Translations under genes and position numbers: made by a program
Notes under the pieces: generated by a model
Seen by the model: only the letters and a program-made list of their open reading frames with translations
Database searches by the model: none
Told to the model about the DNA's origin: nothing
Shown: piece by piece, positions 8,701-16,026 of the stretch
How the letters are laid out: each line of letters opens with the position of its first letter
Position numbering within the stretch: the first letter of the stretch is position 1
Virus record (IMG/VR): IMGVR_UViG_3300025425_000085
Coordinates: 1 to 33,317 of that record
Length of the DNA stretch: 33,317 nt
DNA from: a virus
Taxonomy: Duplodnaviria; Caudoviricetes
Direction: 5' to 3' (one strand)

Positions 8701-9036
8701 AATTTCGTTTAGCTTGTTTAAATTGTAAAGCCCAACCTTATTCTTTGCAAGAATAATTACGTGGTTGTAAACTAAGTCTAGTAATCCGTCGCGAGCATCG
8801 TTACCTCGTTGGTCGAACCTATCGGCTGTGATGTAGGCCTCTACGCCAAGGACAGGTTTAATCCCCTTGTCCTTAGCCATACGATAAAACTCTCTGTGTC
8901 CAGAAAGGGATCCATGGTCTGTAATAGCAATGGCAGACATGCCCAAATCTTTGGCACGGTCAACATACTCCTGAGGAGTAGCAATCCCGTCAAAGAGCGA
9001 GTAGTGTGTGTGAACGTGCAGGCCGTTGTAGCTCAT
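5761..9036 (-). CDS. dnaE: DNA polymerase III alpha subunit (DnaE-type, family C)
   Basis: PHP domain (LHVHTHYSLFDG, AITDHG, GVEAY), GPGRGSSAGSL, catalytic PDIDTD, GIHAAGVV, KIDALGL, GVFQCE, LYQEQVM, YSFNKSHAVAY, C-terminal OB folds. Confidence 0.97.
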   Translation of the reverse strand: MSYNGLHVHTHYSLFDGIATPQEYVDRAKDLGMSAIAITDHGSLSGHREFYRMAKDKGIKPVLGVEAYITADRFDQRGNDARDGLLDLVYNHVIILAKNKVGLYNLNKLNEIAWTEGFFKKPRIDYEVLEKYAEGLIVLSGCLSGALAKAIEAEELAEAKTIIEWHKRVFKDDYYIEVMPHNGEAVNKQLLALADQYNVTPIITPDCHHADAGQKEIQELKLILNSYSNKVQKDVTYNKSLKHDSLMDRLDYLYGERQISFAKFDIHLLSDEEMRSAMVSQGVDREDMYTATQEVADKVQDYEIEDYADLLPVQYQDPNGELRMLAEQGLKKRGVDSQEYRDRLDEELKVIQDKNFGPYFLVVRSMISWAKKEGIMVGPGRGSSAGSLLCYALEITDIDPIVHGLLFFRFINPERSDFPDIDTDIQDSRREEVKDYLVRQYKHVASIATFLQFKDKGVVRDIARVLHIPLTDVNKVLKVIDTWEDYCRSRQAEWFREKYPEIEVYGEQLRGRIRGTGIHAAGVVTSKQPIFKFAPMETRVSPGTKERIPVVAVDMTEAERIGLIKIDALGLKTLSVLRDTLDIIEGRHGKKIDLLEIDMDDSNVYKMLSDGYTKGVFQCEATPYTNLLVKMGVKNFSELAASNALVRPGAANTIGKDYIARKQGRQSISYHHKVFKEFTAETYGCVLYQEQVMQACVYLGGMSMSEADTVRKIIGKKKDAKEFDVFKDKFVKGASNYLSPNAALDLWTDFEAHAGYSFNKSHAVAYSTLSYWTAWLKNRYPLEFMYSILKNEKDKDARTEYLIEAKRMGISIKLPHINDSDADFKIEGKGIRFGLTGIKYISDNIAEKFLAVRPFKSYSDLEAFTSKKGSGVNSRSLQALRVVGAATFEDNPRKDDEIRENLYEFLNLPEFNISVPQHFHAFINDVEDFDDKGSFILMGMVKSIKRGPGWSRIELLDKTGSVGIFDDEQTTIEPGKTYLLLASDNRVLNAIQIDDIGKVESSLIKYLNYKTLPFKGDEMYVVSFKSRVTKAGKKMAYLTLADTARELHPVTVFPTQFSKAYMKIKEGSSYVFSFAKTKDGTIIMEDVHDNN

Positions 9037-9062
9037 TAAGATCCTCTGTTATGCGTACAATA

Positions 9063-9091
9063 ATTATTGCACAGTGAGCGCGTGATGTCAA
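9063..9091 (-). promoter_or_regulatory. Sigma70/SigA-type promoter for dnaE
   Basis: Minus strand TTGACA-N17-AATAAT with TG at the extended -10 position, in the ssb-dnaE gap. Confidence 0.75.
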
Positions 9092-9102
9092 TAGGGGCGT
9101 GT

Positions 9103-9134
9103 AAAAGGAGGGGCAGCGAGTGGCCACCCCTCCT
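9103..9134 (-). terminator. Intrinsic terminator after ssb
   Basis: AGGAGGGGUGGC-CACUC-GCUGCCCCUCCU: 12-bp stem (2 GU pairs) followed by a short U run, 8 nt after the stop. Confidence 0.75.
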
Positions 9135-9142
9135 AATATAAA

Positions 9143-9799
9143 TTACCAGTCTATGTTGGTTGCAGTTACAGAGGATGGGCCGTCAAACCCAAGGTAGAAA
9201 CTTTCCTGCTCTGAATAAGGTACGTGTCTTACGACCTTCTCCAAATCGAAAGGCTCATGTCCTGACCAGTCGAATGGCTCAGAGTCTGGTGCTGTGGGGA
9301 TCAGGGTGTAGCTAGTCTCTGTTCCCTGACCGTTTCTCTTGATCTTCCATGACATGTTAGAGATACTGCCAGTTTCCAAAGCGTACTCTCTAAGGTTGTT
9401 GAATGCCGACTGCTTGCCGACACCCTGGGACCACACAGCAACGTATGGAGGCTCGAGACCGTCATCCACAAGGACGTTACAGTAGAAGCGTAGACGGGCT
9501 TTCCAGCCTGCCTTAGGATCCTTGCGGCTCATCTCTTCTGCCCAGTCACGACCCTCAGAGTCCATGGTGTCCAAAGCCTTGCGCTTGTAGTCCTTTGGAT
9601 TTGTGTGCTCCTTAACGACGATTGCAAGACCCCTGCCCTCGGCGTAACCTGCGGACTCTTCGTCCAGCTCTTCGATGAATCGAATCTTTGCTGACTGTCC
9701 GTCTACAAGCTTAAGCCATCGAACCTTCTCTCCGTTAGATTCATACTTCGGCTTGTCTAGTAGTGCGTTGATGTCTTTTAGTCCTCTTGTAATGCTCAT
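9143..9799 (-). CDS. Single-stranded DNA-binding protein (T4 gp32-like OB fold)
   Basis: WLKLVDGQSAKIRF...RFYCNVLV...VWSQG...WKIKRNGQGTETSYTL and an acidic/aromatic tail ending IDW. Lies between primase and polymerase; strong AGGAG RBS. Confidence 0.78.
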   Translation of the reverse strand: MSITRGLKDINALLDKPKYESNGEKVRWLKLVDGQSAKIRFIEELDEESAGYAEGRGLAIVVKEHTNPKDYKRKALDTMDSEGRDWAEEMSRKDPKAGWKARLRFYCNVLVDDGLEPPYVAVWSQGVGKQSAFNNLREYALETGSISNMSWKIKRNGQGTETSYTLIPTAPDSEPFDWSGHEPFDLEKVVRHVPYSEQESFYLGFDGPSSVTATNIDW

Positions 9800-9824
9800 G
9801 TTTTGTTCTCCTTGTTTGTATGTA

Positions 9825-10769
9825 TTATGTTAGCATGCTGGCTATTGATTTGTCAAACGAATACTCTAAGTTTCTTATATCGTTATCTGACATATCGCCT
9901 ATATCTTTGTATTGCTTTTCTAACTGTATTACGGATACTCTAGAGCCAAGTTTTTTAATTATCCTGTCTTTCATGTTTCCGCCTGCTTCATCATTATCAG
10001 CAATAACTATTACGTTATTGAAGTATTTTTGTAGTAGGTCTGTTTGTATGTTGGATACATTTGATCCCAACGTAGCTACCGCTGGAAAATCACATTGATG
10101 TAATCTTATCGCATCAAATGAGGACTCCACAACATAAATCTTATCTGCGTTTTTTACGCGATGCAGGTTGAACAGGACTTTGCCTTTAGGAAGTTTTGGG
10201 GTGTTCTTAAATTCTTTGCCCTCTATAGACCTACCAACAAAACCTACAGCCATCCCGTTGGGGGCATGCACAGGTATCGTGACCATGTCTTGCTTCTCCG
10301 AAAACCCAAGCTTAAAAGTTTCCATGGACTCTTTAGATATATTCCTGCCAAGGTAATAGTTGACCGCCCTTGGGGAATCTAGTGCCTGCTGAGAAAGGCG
10401 CTGAATAGTAACCTCATCGAAAGGCACGTACTCTGGTCGCTCTGTAAGAGCCCTCTGCACCTCTGCCTCTATGTTAGTCTCAGTCTCTTTACTTTTAATA
10501 AACCTAGCGGACTCGAAGTAAGTCCTTCCGGTTGTGTGCATAACAAACTCTGTTAAGTCTGCGACTTTGTGACAGGAGAAACAAAAGAACGTGCCCTTGG
10601 ATTTATCAATTTCTCCAGCTGGAGTTCGATGGTTTGGGTGAAATGGGCAGAACAGTAGGAAGTCAATATCGACTTCGCCTTCTATGGTGAGGCCGGATCC
10701 CGTAATAACTCGCTTGACTTGCTCCTCTGAGTATAGACTGGAGCTGTACTGTTTAATCCCATCACCCAT
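9825..10769 (-). CDS. dnaG: DNA primase (DnaG-type, CHC2 zinc finger plus TOPRIM)
   Basis: CPFH...FFCFSC zinc finger, GFVGR, VLFNL, TOPRIM VVESSFD...ATLG...ADNDEAG, KDIGD. Confidence 0.92.
   Translation of the reverse strand: MGDGIKQYSSSLYSEEQVKRVITGSGLTIEGEVDIDFLLFCPFHPNHRTPAGEIDKSKGTFFCFSCHKVADLTEFVMHTTGRTYFESARFIKSKETETNIEAEVQRALTERPEYVPFDEVTIQRLSQQALDSPRAVNYYLGRNISKESMETFKLGFSEKQDMVTIPVHAPNGMAVGFVGRSIEGKEFKNTPKLPKGKVLFNLHRVKNADKIYVVESSFDAIRLHQCDFPAVATLGSNVSNIQTDLLQKYFNNVIVIADNDEAGGNMKDRIIKKLGSRVSVIQLEKQYKDIGDMSDNDIRNLEYSFDKSIASMLT
9827..9856 (-). promoter_or_regulatory. Sigma70/SigA-type promoter for ssb, inside the primase 3' end
   Basis: TTGACA-N18-TAACAT with extended TG (TGCTAACAT). 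Confidence 0.55.
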
Positions 10770-11014
10770 TCGCTTTTTTTCTTCCCTATGTATGAACCAT
10801 ATATTGTTAGCTTAAATTTAAATATTAGAGTTGCTTCTTCGTATTCTATTGTGAAATCTTCTAAAATGTCTAGCCTTGGAACGTATCCAGAAATTCTCAT
10901 GCCTGTGTGCAATACTCTAGAGTATTCATCTCGCAGCCTTATTATTTCAGAGTCATCGTAGATCTCTCCACTGATACTAAAACTCTTTATAGCCTTGTGA
11001 TGATAGCTTTCCAT
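10682..11014 (-). CDS. Hypothetical protein between helicase and primase
   Basis: 110-aa ORF, the only candidate for the 10770-11055 gap. 3' end overlaps the primase ORF by 88 nt. TATAAT lies 6 nt upstream of the ATG. Confidence 0.7.
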   Translation of the reverse strand: MESYHHKAIKSFSISGEIYDDSEIIRLRDEYSRVLHTGMRISGYVPRLDILEDFTIEYEEATLIFKFKLTIYGSYIGKKKSEWVMGLNSTAPVYTQRSKSSELLRDPASP

Positions 11015-11020
11015 ACATAT

Positions 11021-11026
11021 ATTATA
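11021..11026 (-). promoter_or_regulatory. -10 box positioned for a leaderless transcript
   Basis: TATAAT-atatgt-ATG, no Shine-Dalgarno, no clear -35. Confidence 0.45.
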
Positions 11027-11055
11027 CTAGACATCTTTGAAAATTGATAGATCTA

Positions 11056-12285
11056 CTACGAAGAACTTCCACCTTCGTAGTCCTTGTACTTGTACCACCC
11101 CTTGTCAAAGTCTGCCTGAACAAGGAACTCTCCCATAAACCCATTTCTGTTTTTTCTGAATACGCATTCGATTACGTCGGAGTTTGCAGCTCGGCCCAGG
11201 GCTAGGACCCAGTCGGCGTCGTAAGCGATCTGACGGCTCCAGGCTGTCTGTCCTAGGGTTGGAACTGTATCTAGCTTGGTGACGTCGTCAGGGGTCGCTG
11301 AGGATATGGCTAGGATAGGTACCTCCTCAGAGATGGCCATTAGCTTTAGCTCCCGAGAAAGGTTCTTCATCCTAACAGTCTCGTTCTCAGATTTTTGATT
11401 AGGAGACATCAGCTGTAGGTAATCAACGATAATAAAGTCTGGCTTGTACTGGTCAATCTTTCCTCGAAGAACCGATGGAGTAACTTCCCCACCAGAGTCA
11501 TTTGATATGATGTGAAACTCTGGCTTGCCCTCTAGCTTGCTCTTGTGCCACCTTCTCAGGTCGTCAACTTCTACGTCACCTGCGGAAAGCTTTCTGTGAG
11601 ACCAAAGGCCTTCGCCCATAATTGTAAACACGCGGTTACGAACTTCTGTCTCACTCATCTCTAGGCTTACGACCATAGGAGTCTTGCCGAGCTTCCATGC
11701 CTGTACCGCAAAGTATAGGGACAACCAAGACTTACCAATACCTGGATACGCAAGGAACACCCCTAGCTGTCCTGCAGTAATTCCTGCTGGTAGATAGTTG
11801 TCAAATCCGGGAAGCCCCGTTCTAATACCTTGTACTCCAAGAGCAGTTTGCTTTTGGACATGTTCGTAATAGGCAACAGCGTCTTCGATGTCTGTGGCAT
11901 CGATGTCCCTGATGGCAGAGGTGTTTTTCTTTAGGGCAGAGGTGTCAGTAATGAGTGACTCTAATACCTTGACGCCTTCACCATTTTGAATATCTGATGC
12001 TGCCGTTCGGATCATGTCCTTTAGGCTATCATTAAGATACTCTGCCTGCAACTCCTCCAAGTGATACTTAGTGGTTCCGATTCCTGGGACAGGCTGAAAG
12101 TCCCTAAACTTTTCTACAAGTATTGAAGTTGGAGGTACGGACCCATTCCTCTCGGAGTAGGTTCGTATAAACTCCCAGATGTCTTTATGGGTACGGAGAA
12201 GGTTGTCCACGTTTGCCTGTAGCAAAACGTGCACCTGCTTATCCTCTAGGACGGCTGATATTAGTTTAGACTCTGTATTACTCAC
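11056..12285 (-). CDS. dnaB: Replicative DNA helicase (DnaB-like, SF4)
   Basis: IRTGLPGFD, Walker A LAYPGIGKS, SLEMS, Walker B IIVDYLQLM, LSRELKLMA, IAYDADWV, KNRNG. Confidence 0.95.
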   Translation of the reverse strand: MSNTESKLISAVLEDKQVHVLLQANVDNLLRTHKDIWEFIRTYSERNGSVPPTSILVEKFRDFQPVPGIGTTKYHLEELQAEYLNDSLKDMIRTAASDIQNGEGVKVLESLITDTSALKKNTSAIRDIDATDIEDAVAYYEHVQKQTALGVQGIRTGLPGFDNYLPAGITAGQLGVFLAYPGIGKSWLSLYFAVQAWKLGKTPMVVSLEMSETEVRNRVFTIMGEGLWSHRKLSAGDVEVDDLRRWHKSKLEGKPEFHIISNDSGGEVTPSVLRGKIDQYKPDFIIVDYLQLMSPNQKSENETVRMKNLSRELKLMAISEEVPILAISSATPDDVTKLDTVPTLGQTAWSRQIAYDADWVLALGRAANSDVIECVFRKNRNGFMGEFLVQADFDKGWYKYKDYEGGSSS

Positions 12286-12586
12286 TTAACCACTTCTTCG
12301 CTGCAGCTCTGCGCTGCTTCCTGTCGATTAGATCTTGGTTGTACTGGTCACGCTTTGAAATTATATCTTGCGCATAGTTGGCAAAATACTTCCACGCTGG
12401 ATTCTGAGCTACTTCGAAATAATATTCTAGCAGGTCATAGCATCCTTGTAAAGTGTATGACTCAATTAGGGCATCGGCTGCCCACTGTTCTACGTTTAGG
12501 TTGATTTGAGGTCTTTGCTCATAACGTGCAGTATGATGCTTGCTGTAGCGGCTGAGCAAGGAGAACCTCTCCTTGCGATCTGCCAT
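12278..12586 (-). CDS. Hypothetical helical protein upstream of helicase (possible loader/partner)
   Basis: 102 aa, overlaps both neighbours. Function is suggested only by position. Confidence 0.7.
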   Translation of the reverse strand: MADRKERFSLLSRYSKHHTARYEQRPQINLNVEQWAADALIESYTLQGCYDLLEYYFEVAQNPAWKYFANYAQDIISKRDQYNQDLIDRKQRRAAAKKWLSE

Positions 12587-12795
12587 TACTTAGTCTCTAG
12601 CTCCTGGGATGCCTCAGCAACCTTATCTCCAAGTTTACTTTCTACGAATGCGTAAATCCGATCGAAGGCTTGGTCAGTATTTTCTCCGTCACGCTTGGAG
12701 TCTGTTACTCCAATGTCTACTCTCAATGATTGAAAGTTACCTAGGTTTAGGGTATACCCCAATGCTACCGTTATTTTTGTACTTTCGATTTCCAT
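12586..12795 (-). CDS. Small hypothetical protein (69 aa)
   Basis: MEIESTKITVALGYTLNLGNFQSLRVDIGV...; start revised to ATG 12795 (GAGAGGG RBS and promoter upstream), which removes the overlap with the HTH gene. Confidence 0.75.
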   Translation of the reverse strand: MEIESTKITVALGYTLNLGNFQSLRVDIGVTDSKRDGENTDQAFDRIYAFVESKLGDKVAEASQELETK

Positions 12796-12826
12796 AATGT
12801 CCCTCTCATAGAACTTATTGTAATAC

Positions 12827-12855
12827 ATAGTACCACAGATCTGGAAGACATGCAA
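12827..12855 (-). promoter_or_regulatory. Sigma70/SigA-type promoter for the helicase operon
   Basis: TTGCAT-N17-TACTAT with extended TG (TGGTACTAT), intergenic. Confidence 0.62.
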
Positions 12856-12868
12856 TACCCAAATGTCT

Positions 12869-13417
12869 TTAAATACTCTCCGACCAAGTAGGAATAAATC
12901 TTCCATCTTCTGTCTTGGTATATGTAAGCATACCATGCCCCATGCGCCTTGTCAACTCTGGAGCCGTAGGTGTTATGTTGTTCGTAAGGAGGCCGTCACC
13001 TCTTGGCCTACCCATATGATAAGATGCAAGAATGTCTCGTATCTCTTTTACTTGTGACTCTGAATAATAACTTCTCACTTGCCAGCCTGTTGCCCCACCT
13101 TTTTGACTTCCCGTAGGCCTGGGGATCTCCTCACGCTTCATCAGCGATGGCATGTACTTCTTATGTCTGTTCACTAAGTCTGCGGTTTCACCTACAGTGT
13201 ATGCCTTCTCACGATTCTTTTTAAAATCACTAATAAGGCAGCTCTCTATTTGGTCATCGATTATGTTGTAGACAGACATTATGCCATTAGACCTATTGAT
13301 GTGATAAGCCCTGACCAGCTTACCGTTTAAGAAGTATACTTTTTTATTCCCCGGTATCACAGATGCCTCGTTATACTCTTCTCGAGTCCTGTATCCGCGC
13401 TTTGGGTTGGGAGGCAT
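12869..13417 (-). CDS. MerR-like HTH DNA-binding protein
   Basis: AYTVGETADLVNRH...EEIPRP...RSYYSESQVKEIRD follows the MerR/excisionase winged-HTH pattern; extra N-terminal beta domain. Confidence 0.7.
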   Translation of the reverse strand: MPPNPKRGYRTREEYNEASVIPGNKKVYFLNGKLVRAYHINRSNGIMSVYNIIDDQIESCLISDFKKNREKAYTVGETADLVNRHKKYMPSLMKREEIPRPTGSQKGGATGWQVRSYYSESQVKEIRDILASYHMGRPRGDGLLTNNITPTAPELTRRMGHGMLTYTKTEDGRFIPTWSESI

Positions 13418-13429
13418 GGGGGCTAACGA

Positions 13430-13876
13430 CTAGAGCGGTAGGCCAATAGCAATAAGGTTTACCTTCAAGGCAGCCTTACCAGTTCCAAAGAATGTCACCG
13501 TAAGATCAACCCTAGAGGTAGTGATCTGCTTAATTGTAACGCTAAGGTCTGAACCGTTTTCGGACTTTGAAGTTAGAACTGGGCTTGCTGTTACAATCGG
13601 TGGATACTTAAACTCCCCAGTGTTAAAGGAGTAAGACTTGTCAATAGCAAGGCCTGGGGACACGTCTGTCAGAGTTGAGTAGATGTCTATTGATCCAGCG
13701 ACTATCTTTGTGTTTGAGATCAGACTGTTCTGGGTTCCACTCGAAGTGTCAACAGAAGCATACTTGTAAGTAGGAGACGATACCTGAGAAGATAGCTCAT
13801 TGATAGCCGTAGCCATCTGGTAGATGTAGGAAACATCTAGAGGCTGACCTCTGTCTGGTGTTGGAATCTTTGCCAT
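13430..13876 (-). CDS. Minor tail protein with H-type lectin/gp53-like C-terminal domain
   Basis: SF...FKYPPIVTAS...VTIKQITTS...VNLIAIG pattern typical of fibre tip domains; last gene of the tail cluster. Confidence 0.62.
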   Translation of the reverse strand: MAKIPTPDRGQPLDVSYIYQMATAINELSSQVSSPTYKYASVDTSSGTQNSLISNTKIVAGSIDIYSTLTDVSPGLAIDKSYSFNTGEFKYPPIVTASPVLTSKSENGSDLSVTIKQITTSRVDLTVTFFGTGKAALKVNLIAIGLPL

Positions 13877-13885
13877 AGTTCTCCT

Positions 13886-13894
13886 AGTATACCA
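13886..13894 (-). promoter_or_regulatory. Extended -10 promoter
   Basis: TGGTATACT in the 18-bp gap, 9 nt before the ATG. Confidence 0.5.
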
Positions 13895-14341
13895 TTAAAT
13901 CGTTACTGTGGCTGAAAAAAGTATTGCATTTGCTAAAGCTGTTTTGCCAGTTGTTGGCATTGTCACTGTAAAATTGTAGACACCCGTGGGGCTCGAGGCT
14001 GGAAGGATGTGTGAGAAGGATGTTTCGTAAGTTAATTTAAGATAAGAGAAGTCTGTTGCCCCAGGGGCTTTAATAAATACGTAATAAGGCATATTGTCAT
14101 ACCTGGGCAACAGGGACCACACGATGTCTACCAGGTTTTGAGAGCCGATAGCTCTAGAGCTTATTCCATAATCTATTGTGTTGAATATTTCTGCAACTGC
14201 TGGAACGGCCACTACATATGTCGGAGAAAATGCAGACCTAACGTTTAAGTCATTTGTCACAACCCGATACCTAAAGCTTACTTCGTGGTCTTCGTTTACG
14301 ACCCAAGAAGCTGGTCCTAGTAATATTCTTCCATTAGCCAT
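13895..14341 (-). CDS. Minor tail protein (beta-rich, Ig/FN3-like possible)
   Basis: 148 aa, RYRVV...RSAFSP and IVW...YYVF...YNFTV strands; overlaps the upstream tail gene. Confidence 0.6.
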   Translation of the reverse strand: MANGRILLGPASWVVNEDHEVSFRYRVVTNDLNVRSAFSPTYVVAVPAVAEIFNTIDYGISSRAIGSQNLVDIVWSLLPRYDNMPYYVFIKAPGATDFSYLKLTYETSFSHILPASSPTGVYNFTVTMPTTGKTALANAILFSATVTI

Positions 14342-15491
14342 TAAAGACTCCTACACCCAACCTAAACTCAACCATAGCCGATGTATTTGGTAACTTCACT
14401 ATGGGACGAGCAACACCGTTTTCCGTGTTCTCTATAACAGTGTATCCTGTCATTGCATACAGTGGATTCTTAGATCCAATGTTTTCTAGACGAATAGCGT
14501 CTAAGGCAATGTAGTAGTATGGTAAGTCAGTTCCTGACTCAATAATAACTTCCCCGGACTCATCAACGGCCGCAGCATAAATATTAACGTTGTTCACAGC
14601 AGACCAAAGAAATGTTCCATATGTCTTACCTTCACCGATACTTTGCTCTAACACTCGATACCTGCTGGGTGAAAAAGCTCCAGCCTCTGACTCAAAGTCT
14701 AACCTAAACGATCCACCACTGTTAACCGTAGTGAATTCTAAGGTAACCCTTACCCTGTTTGGGGCAACCCCAGCTGTTCCATCTACATCAACAACGGATA
14801 GGGCTAGCTTGATTTGGTCGAGGGGAGAATTCCTGGAAAGGTCTACCGATGTTGCAAGAGATATCTTATCTTGATCCGACAAGTCCCATTCCCCAGCAAT
14901 TGACGAAGAATCCGACAAGTCAGAAAAATTACTAGACAACATAATCATGTTGTTAAAGTACCTTGATTGCTCGGAACGAACAACTCTTTCGGCTCTAAAC
15001 ATTCTGTTAGTAGCGTTAGTCTGAATGGCGGGGTTCTCACGAAAGCTAAGAGACAGATCCTTTGACGCAGACAGATTATCTAAAGGTTGATCCTCTGTAA
15101 AGAGAGCCGCTTCCAGGTACTTCCAAGGCTCTTCCCTTGTAAAAGCATAAAGAGTTCTACTGTCGTAACCAACAGAGGAGGGGTTAGAGGAGGCAGAAAA
15201 TATGCCGACTTCTGTAATTTCATATCGTTCTGTGGTAGGCACCTCTGCTGAAAACACAACCTGAGAGTTTCCATCTTCGTCTTGCACGAATCCTCTAGAG
15301 GTTATCGGAACCCTGAACATCTCAAAGTCTAGGCTAGTCTTCTGGGGCCAAGCTGAAAGGTCTCCGGCTGTTGTCTCGTATCCACTGGGGTTAGGGGCAG
15401 CCCCGCAGCCAATGGCAATGTAAGAAGCATACGCTGGTGCAGAACCTACCAGGTACTTGCCAAATATTTCTTTTCCTTTATCTGTAATCAT
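14334..15491 (-). CDS. Minor tail/baseplate protein with tail-collar fibre (DUF3751-like) N-terminal domain
   Basis: MITDKG...YIAIGCG...LDFEMFRVPI...VVFSAE...ITEVGIF matches the fibre-attachment domain pattern; beta-sandwich C-terminal half. Confidence 0.68.
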   Translation of the reverse strand: MITDKGKEIFGKYLVGSAPAYASYIAIGCGAAPNPSGYETTAGDLSAWPQKTSLDFEMFRVPITSRGFVQDEDGNSQVVFSAEVPTTERYEITEVGIFSASSNPSSVGYDSRTLYAFTREEPWKYLEAALFTEDQPLDNLSASKDLSLSFRENPAIQTNATNRMFRAERVVRSEQSRYFNNMIMLSSNFSDLSDSSSIAGEWDLSDQDKISLATSVDLSRNSPLDQIKLALSVVDVDGTAGVAPNRVRVTLEFTTVNSGGSFRLDFESEAGAFSPSRYRVLEQSIGEGKTYGTFLWSAVNNVNIYAAAVDESGEVIIESGTDLPYYYIALDAIRLENIGSKNPLYAMTGYTVIENTENGVARPIVKLPNTSAMVEFRLGVGVFNG

Positions 15492-15507
15492 CTTAACTCT
15501 CTTTGCT

Positions 15508-16026
15508 TTATATTACGGTATCTTCAATTATACCAGAAGAAAGGACCTGAATTTCCACATCGTAATTAGACTGCATATTTTTAAACTCTATGATAAGCTG
15601 ATTCTTTGTAGTGGACTCATCTCCCAAGTCTATGTATGCATTGGGGGACTCATTGCCTGACAGAGGCCCACCAGACTCTATATCCAAAACTGGAACGTAA
15701 CTCTCAAGAACTAGACCATAAACTTTAAACAAGTCTGGCAAGGTGTTGGGCACGGCTAGAATGTTTGACGGAGAATAGTCTAGCTGCAGATCAGTCAGGT
15801 TACTGATAACTCCATAAGAAACATTCTGCCCGTTAAGAAGGTCTGTTCTAGAAGTTAGCAGAAGCTCTTGTCCAGCTATCTGCTCAAAAAGCAGAAACTC
15901 TAGAACAGACTCCGGCACAACATCAGTGTTAATATCTACGTTATAAAGTTCTGGGATCTTTACCGCTGTATTCGATGACCCCACATTGACTACCCTCGAA
16001 GCTTGACTTGCTTTTGGTTGAACCAT
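15508..16026 (-). CDS. Minor tail protein (hypothetical)
   Basis: 172 aa, acidic, TAATG-coupled to the 1529-aa tail tip gene. Confidence 0.62.
   Translation of the reverse strand: MVQPKASQASRVVNVGSSNTAVKIPELYNVDINTDVVPESVLEFLLFEQIAGQELLLTSRTDLLNGQNVSYGVISNLTDLQLDYSPSNILAVPNTLPDLFKVYGLVLESYVPVLDIESGGPLSGNESPNAYIDLGDESTTKNQLIIEFKNMQSNYDVEIQVLSSGIIEDTVI
15527..15535 (-). promoter_or_regulatory. Extended -10 promoter inside the 3' end of the 172-aa gene
   Basis: Consensus TGGTATAAT 35 nt upstream of the ATG at 15491. It lies in coding sequence, so chance is possible. Confidence 0.45.

Noticed and set aside
5761-12285. Inteins or introns in dnaE and dnaB
   Set aside because: Lengths are normal, motifs are contiguous, and no intein splice-junction or LAGLIDADG motifs are evident.
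12796-12936. Longer track starts for several ORFs (12936, 29835, 1513, 1647, 4822, 952)
   Set aside because: The extensions overlap upstream genes, promoters or a terminator. Downstream starts have RBS or stop/start coupling support.
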